DNA from: Ionaspis alba | Lineage: Eukaryota | Direction: 5' to 3' | Assembly (NCBI GenBank): GCA_964255285.1 | Contig: CAXUUL010000092.1 | Coordinates: 1-33,776 of the forward strand | DNA: 33,776 nt | Part shown: positions 25,612 through 33,776 of the stretch, one piece after another | How positions within the stretch are numbered: the stretch's first letter is position 1 | Layout: every line of letters begins with the position of its first letter | Notes under the pieces: model-generated | The model's input: the letters and a program-made list of their open reading frames with translations, nothing else | Databases searched by the model: none | Told to the model about the DNA's origin: nothing | Translations under genes and position numbers: made by a program

Positions 25612-25827
25612 CTCAAGAGGGAGTATAGCAAGGTATGCACAAGGATGACGAAAGACGAGGGCGACGATCACAGTTGTATTTTTTCATTCCAACATACCTC
25701 AGCACATATCCTCCCAAATAATATATCTCCTTACTCCAAAAAAAAGTGCAAATGTTATCGTGCAGTGAAACATCGGCTGTGGCAACCTCACGCGATCATC
25801 CAGGTTTGATCCTGCATGCAGCCATGT

Positions 25828-26037
25828 AGACCTCGCATCCCTTGCTTGCCCGTGTATCGATCACCAGGATTTCTGGAGCGCANNNNNNNNNNNNNNNNNN
25901 NNNNNNNNNNNNNNNNNNNNNNNNNNNNNNNNNNNNNNNNNNNNNNNNNNNNNNNNNNNNNNNNNNNNNNNNNNNNNNNNNNAGACCTCGCATCCCTTGC
26001 TTGCCCGTGTATCGATCACCAGGATTTCTGGAGCGCA
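25828..26037. other. Scaffold gap (100 N, 25883-25982) with identical 55-bp flanks
   Basis: 25828-25882 is identical to 25983-26037. A fixed 100-N gap with a 55-bp overlap is typical of de Bruijn graph scaffolding. Confidence 0.92.
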
Positions 26038-26638
26038 GTGGTGCTCAGAATGAGAATAGATCTGGCATGCTGATACCCTTTGACGATATCAAGAATTGAA
26101 AGAGCAGCTTCATAGTTACCGACAAAGAGGGATAGCCGTGGCTGAACGAGCACGCGAGGAGCCTCGTGGGATCGTACCAAGAATCGCTCTGGATGTCGAT
26201 CATTCTCAAATCTGAGTCGCATTACGTAGAGCTTTGGTCTTGGAATGCTGGGGACAGATCAATGAGACAAGATGATGTCTTTTCCATGTGGTGGCTTGCC
26301 TACATCCTTTCAAAGCTTGGCTCCATTTGTGGTATGTGCATTATTGCGCAAGGCCTTAGATCGACCAGTAGTAGCTGCTACTCACACCCTAACTGGTGAT
26401 ATTGTCTTTCACATGGCAACCTTGAGGATCTCCTCGGATAGCGATCCGAATGCGCGGAATCATTCCGTCTGCTCGCCAATGCTCTCGTTCCGCGTACTGT
26501 ACAAAATGATGCGGGGTGGTAACCGACCTCCCCGAAGCAGAACAAGCTATCACCTACAACGTAGAAGAAGTGGAGCTAAAAACGAAGCAGCACAGGACGT
26601 ATATATCGTCACTGTGCTGTAATCCTGAAATTCATCTC

Positions 26639-26875
26639 ATGTTCAAGTTGAAGATACTGAAGAGAGGCAGCCGCAAAAGCAGCAAGGAGCCGACATTCAA
26701 AACCCCATTGACGGAGAGGAACGTCGAGTCTCTGAACGCTCAAGATACGGATTCGATAGAAGGACGAGACTTTCTCCAGGAAGAAGAGGAGGAGCAAGAG
26801 CGACAGGATGCCAGTAACAAGCTTCGGCGTTCCCGAGAAGTACAAATATCAGAATGGCTTCGGCTCCTACCATGA
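26639..26875 (+). CDS. Candidate 78-aa upstream ORF overlapping hmgA exon 1 out of frame
   Basis: Runs from ATG 26639 to TGA 26873-26875 and translates MFKLKILKRGSRKSSKEPTFKTPLTERNVESLN...EEEEEQERQ...ISEWLRLLP*. It lies downstream of a TATATAT at 26600-26606. Confidence 0.4.
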   Translation: MFKLKILKRGSRKSSKEPTFKTPLTERNVESLNAQDTDSIEGRDFLQEEEEEQERQDASNKLRRSREVQISEWLRLLP

Positions 26876-28275
26876 GTAAACATCCAACAGTACCATGGAC
26901 TTCTCCAGGCTGACAGTCACGTAGGTCTGAAGCCATTGCTGGCGCATTACCTATAGCCGCCAACTCACCACAGAAAGCTCCTTACGGTCTCTACACCGAA
27001 AAATTGTCTGGCACATCTTTTACAGCTCCTCGACATGAGAACCAGCAATCATGGCTCTACCGAATTCTTCCTGCTGCGGCTCACTCTCCTTTCGAGCCAC
27101 GAGAAGCGTCCACTTACAATACGAATCCTGAAAACAACAAACTTCATCAGATACCAAATCAGCTAAGATGGGATCCGTTCGACATGGACGAGACAGTCGA
27201 CTGGGTCCATTCCCTAAAACTTGTAGCAGGTGCAGGAGATCCTACAATGAAGCAGGGAATCGGAATGTTCATTTTTGCCGCTGGCCAGTCCATGGATGAT
27301 CATTCAGCTTTCTACAGCGCAGATGGCGACTTCCTGATCGTGCTCCAGCATGGTGTGCTGGACATACGAACAGAGCTTGGCCACATTCTGGTTCGTCCGA
27401 ATGAAATCTGCGTCATTCCCCGTGGCATTCGCTACAACGTTTCTCTACCCCACGGACCTGTCAGAGGTTATATACTCGAGCTCTACCAAGGACACTTCCA
27501 GCTCCCCGAGCTTGGCCCCATCGGCTCGAATTGTCTCGCCAACGCGCGCGACTTCCAAGCACCCATCGCCTCCTTCACCGAAGACCACTCCAGCAGCACT
27601 CCCTACACCCTCCTCTCCAAATTTAATGGTCATCTCTTCGCCGCCTCTCAGACCCACACACCCTTCGACGTCGTCGCCTGGCACGGCACCTACTACCCCT
27701 ACAAATACGACCTCGGCCGCTTCAACACCATCGGCAGCATCTCGCACGACCACCCAGACCCCTCAATCTTCACCGTCCTCTCCGCCCCCTCCGACCATCC
27801 GGGCACCGCCATCGCCGACTTCGTAATCTTTCCTCCTCGCTGGCTCGTAGCCGAAGACACATTCCGCCCACCCTGGTACCACCGCAACACGATGTCCGAA
27901 TTCATGGGTCTCATCCACGGCCAATACGACGCCAAGACCGGTGGCGGCTTCCAGCCTGCGGGCGCGAGTTTACACAATGTGATGAGTGCGCATGGGCCCG
28001 ATAGCGCGACGTTTGAGAAGGCGTCGACGGCGGAGTTGAAGCCGATGAAGGTCGGGGAGGGCAGTATGGCGTTCATGTTTGAGAGCTGTTTGATGGTCGG
28101 TGTTACGGAATGGGGGCTGAGGAGCTGTAGGAAGGTGCAGGACGGGTATAATAAGGAGAGTTGGGAGCTGTTGAAGGTGCATTTTAAGAGGTCGGAGATG
28201 GTTGAGGCGAATGGTGGTGGGAGTGGGGAAGGTGGTGGGGGGTCGGATCTGGGACGTTCGGTAGGAGAGAGCTGA
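26808..28275 (+). CDS. hmgA: Homogentisate 1,2-dioxygenase
   Basis: Exons 26808-26875 and 26925-28275. Begins [26 protein letters not shown], then [41 protein letters not shown], the iron-ligand motif [11 protein letters not shown] and SAHGPD. Confidence 0.97.
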
Positions 28276-28499
28276 GGAGTGGTTAATGCTGGAAGACGAG
28301 GCTCACGAAATCATGAAGGTTCTTTGTAGAACACTGGCTGTAGGAATAGGCAAGATCCTGTGGACTCCCGAGACTGTCGTTGAATAGCGAGACGACTGTG
28401 GAGTCCACCCAATCATATTTATTCGCCATGTATCTCGTATGTGGATGTGCTGCAAATTGACCGTGTGATACACAATGACATTGGTCCGCTTAAATCGGC

Positions 28500-28709
28500 T
28501 CTAAAACAGGGTTAGCCAGGGTCCGATCTCGCTTGTGGAGTGGTCGTCATGACANNNNNNNNNNNNNNNNNNNNNNNNNNNNNNNNNNNNNNNNNNNNNN
28601 NNNNNNNNNNNNNNNNNNNNNNNNNNNNNNNNNNNNNNNNNNNNNNNNNNNNNNTCTAAAACAGGGTTAGCCAGGGTCCGATCTCGCTTGTGGAGTGGTC
28701 GTCATGACA
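28500..28709. other. Scaffold gap (100 N, 28555-28654) with identical 55-bp flanks
   Basis: 28500-28554 is identical to 28655-28709, the same geometry as the first gap. Confidence 0.92.
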
Positions 28710-28825
28710 AGAGTGAAGCCATCGCTCTCTACAAACATAAGATATACTCTATTCAACTCTTCTTTCAAGCATAATTTGCCATTTTAACAACACATCCCCA
28801 TCACCGCTTGCAGATAAATCTTATT

Positions 28826-31042
<2,217 letters not shown>

Positions 31043-31273
31043 ACTAATGTACCAATCCCACAGAGAACAAATCTAGGACTCAGACAGCTTAGAGGCAGAG
31101 AAAGGCTAAAACGATAGGGTGAGCAAGAAACAAAGGAGTGTCTTGATTTATGAGTTCATCGATGACTGTGATAAGGTGAGGAGAGCTTAAATGCAAGCGC
31201 TGTGGTGGGTGTGGTAATATTGTTGACTGGAACGATTGCACACTGTATCGGCCATATTTGACTTGGCTGCTCC

Positions 31274-33500
31274 TTATAGACTGACCAGCAACGATTCGAC
31301 AAACTCCCTTAGCTTCTCCACAGGCACGTCTTCCTTCACCTTCAGCCTCCGACACTGAACCTCGCAGCTCCGCGAGCTGGCCCAGGCTCTTCCCAGGAGG
31401 ATAATGACGGGGTAACCGATCAGGTCGGCGTCGTGAAGTTTCCAGATCAGACGCTTGTCCCTATCATCAATGATAGCATCGACGGCTCCGTACTTTGTAG
31501 CTGAATCATGAGTGGCCAAGATGTCCAGCACATTGACGGCATCCTCCTCATTACCCGGTGCAGCTATCACAACGGCCTCAAAAGGTGCCACAGCTCGAGG
31601 CCAGTTCAAACCCTTTTCATCGGCCAGTGAGTCCGCAACAGCACCAATCAGACGGGAAATACCAATACCGTGGCAACCCATCTCCATTGGTGTTGTGTTG
31701 GCCGATTTTTCATTGGCTATTCTCGCACCCAGAGGTTCACTATATTTTGTTCCTAGATAAAAGGTGTGGCCTAGCTCGATGGCCTTCACGGTGGTGAGTG
31801 TCCCGAATGCGCATGCAGGACAGCCATCACCATCCTCAAGCTTCACAAGATCAACACACGAAGATTTCGAGGGAGGCTCCTCAATTTTCCGTAATCCACT
31901 CTGAGAAACATATTGGACAGTCATCTCCTCCACAGTATTGAGTGGTATCTGGTAGTCGTAGACCTGTCGCCAACGGAACAGACGCTCTATATCGCCCCTA
32001 GAATTTGAGCCATTCGAGTGACTATCCTTAACAAGTTGCATGGCCTCTTCGACTGGTAGACCAAGCGAGTTTGACTCACTTTGTCCTATGGAGAAGTCGA
32101 CATCCTCAAACACATTCTTCAAAGCATGAAGATTTACTTTCGCAGGTCTCAAATGGTCGGTGGAATTCGATCTCGTATGCAGCGGGATAATAGCCTGATA
32201 GATTGTTTGACGGTCAATACTAACCCCAGTCCACACCTGTACATCCCAGTCGTCTTTTAGCCTAGATAGGACCAAGGTTTCCGGCTTCAACATGCGGAAA
32301 TGACCTGTATCGTAGGCAAAAATCTTCGGCCTCGTCTGCCCCTTCATGGCAGATGGAGCTCGTCGCGTGGCCACTTCTTCATTGGCAACGTACTCACAAG
32401 TATTACATCTCATGATATTGTCTTCTCCCTTCTGTGACGGTAGATGATACTCATGGCTGAGATCGCCTCCAATACTGCCTGAGCTGGCTGCAGCAGACAA
32501 GATTGGAAGCTTCAAGTCCTGGAAGAAAGCGGAGTAGGCATGCCGTGCTGTTTCATATGCGTGCAGTGCTGCTTCCTTGGTGGCGTCAAAAGTGTAGAGG
32601 TCTTTCATCAAAAATTCCCGTGTCCTCAATAAGCCTTGACGGGGCCGCGGCTCGTCCCGATATTTTCGAGCTGTGTCTGTCAATCGTTGCCACTATCAAG
32701 ACCCGTTGAATGAGCGTACTGATCTGATAAAGCCGAAGGGGAAGTTCCCTGTAAGAATGAACAGCTTCGCCAACGATGGAAGTGATTTCTTCTTCGTGAG
32801 TTGGTGATAGTAGGTACTTGGCGCCTTTTCGATCTTCAAGACCAAACAGCTATGATGTTTCGCCTTAGCTTTCAGTTCACTCACGGCGTTCGCTCGTTTT
32901 TACCTCGGACTTGCCCTCGACCCAACGACCGGACTTCTGCCACAGCTCCTGTGAAGAAAATGTGGAGAGCGATAATTTGGAGGCCCCTATTTGATCCCTT
33001 AGTCTGATTAAGCATTCAATCGAAGTATATGGGCTCACCAAGCTGTTTCATGTGCTTGTCAAGCAGGCTCTCAATCTTCTCTTGGACTCTCAGTCCCAAA
33101 GGAAGAAATTGGAAAAGACCTGAATGAGCCTTTTCAGACGCTTAGCGACATACAAGAAGCGCCACAGTATCGAGAACATACTTGGCGTATAAAGCCTGCC
33201 CGTATCAACGTCGAATGCGAGTCTTCTAGATCGATTTTAGAGATGTGGTGTGGAGAGAGTCGACGAGCCAACCTTGCACACCAGCCTCCCTAGCTCTGCC
33301 ATAAGTAGGCGTCCAGATATTAGATAGTCGTTTTCGGCCATCTCTCTGTAGATCCAATTAGACTGAGTTATTCGGGAAGGGGAGATGTGCCTCACGTGGA
33401 TAAATCGCGCCTGACAATTGATACTAGAAGAGATTTTGATTGTGCAAAATTGAGTAGAGTGAAATCCGTATAAACCTTGCCAGCGAAAGAGTGAATGCAT
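31274..33500 (-). CDS. AIM10: Prolyl-tRNA synthetase, bacterial-type, probably mitochondrial (Aim10/PARS2-like)
   Basis: Exons 33500-33396, 33345-33282, 33225-33182, 33129-33039, 32986-32904, 32849-32720, 32670-31274. Motifs LIRAGFIRQ, LPLGLRVQEKI, LSPTHEEEIT, KYRDEPRPRQGLLRTREF, IELGHTF, MGCHGIGISR and DADLIGYP, with a diverged insertion between motifs 2 and 3. Confidence 0.93.
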
Positions 33501-33776
33501 TCAAAGACAGCTATTGTTGAGAAGCTTATAGAATATGTACAAGGACATATGGTATCGCATCCACCACATTGATCTAGTGGCAACCTTTGCTCTAACAATA
33601 GTTAGCCACCGTAGCATCTTAGGGGTCCAGTTCTCCATGGCACCATAGTCTAAACCTCGAACCAGATCGTTAAGCACGCGCTGAGTGCAAAATGAAGGCG
33701 AAAATGATACAAAGTTCTGATGTCCGTTTTACCAAAATGGGAGAAGCATCGCTTAGTCACCCTAGCTCCGTTGCTG

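Noticed and set aside
25828..26037. 55-bp direct repeats around a gap, resembling LTR ends or a target-site duplication
   Set aside because: Both gaps have exactly 100 N and exactly 55-bp identical flanks, which points to k-mer overlap in scaffolding rather than biology.
28390..28545. CreA-like GTGGAG hexamers and CGG triplets upstream of the alpha-glucosidase
   Set aside because: Short degenerate motifs are expected by chance, and the CGG spacing does not match the AmyR CGG-N8-(C/A)GG pattern.
28500..28709. Apparent duplicated promoter segment upstream of the alpha-glucosidase
   Set aside because: Same assembly artefact as the first gap.

Overview
Eukaryotic genomic DNA from a filamentous ascomycete (Pezizomycotina-type introns, mostly about 50-65 nt, GT..CTRAY..YAG). 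I resolved 13 intron-containing genes by hand: a 5'-partial PlsC-family lysophospholipid acyltransferase with a long Lys/Ala/Pro tail, an LtrA-like membrane protein, a membrane-anchored monothiol glutaredoxin, dipeptidyl peptidase III, coatomer beta, mago nashi (absent from the ORF track), GID4/Vid24, a CIA30-family protein, an orphan disordered protein, an ACS-family MFS transporter, homogentisate 1,2-dioxygenase, a GH13 alpha-glucosidase and mitochondrial prolyl-tRNA synthetase. There are two 100-N scaffold gaps with 55-bp duplicated flanks. I recognised no RNA genes, CRISPR arrays or intact mobile elements. The most interesting signals are post-transcriptional. Retention of a GC-AG terminal intron in mago nashi gives a same-length alternative C-terminus (ARPF instead of IKPI). 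A coding-like 78-codon upstream ORF overlaps all of hmgA exon 1. A hairpin could mask the donor of an unusually long first intron in the alpha-glucosidase. GID4 may carry its own Pro/N-degron. All gene names come from motif recognition, not from database searches.
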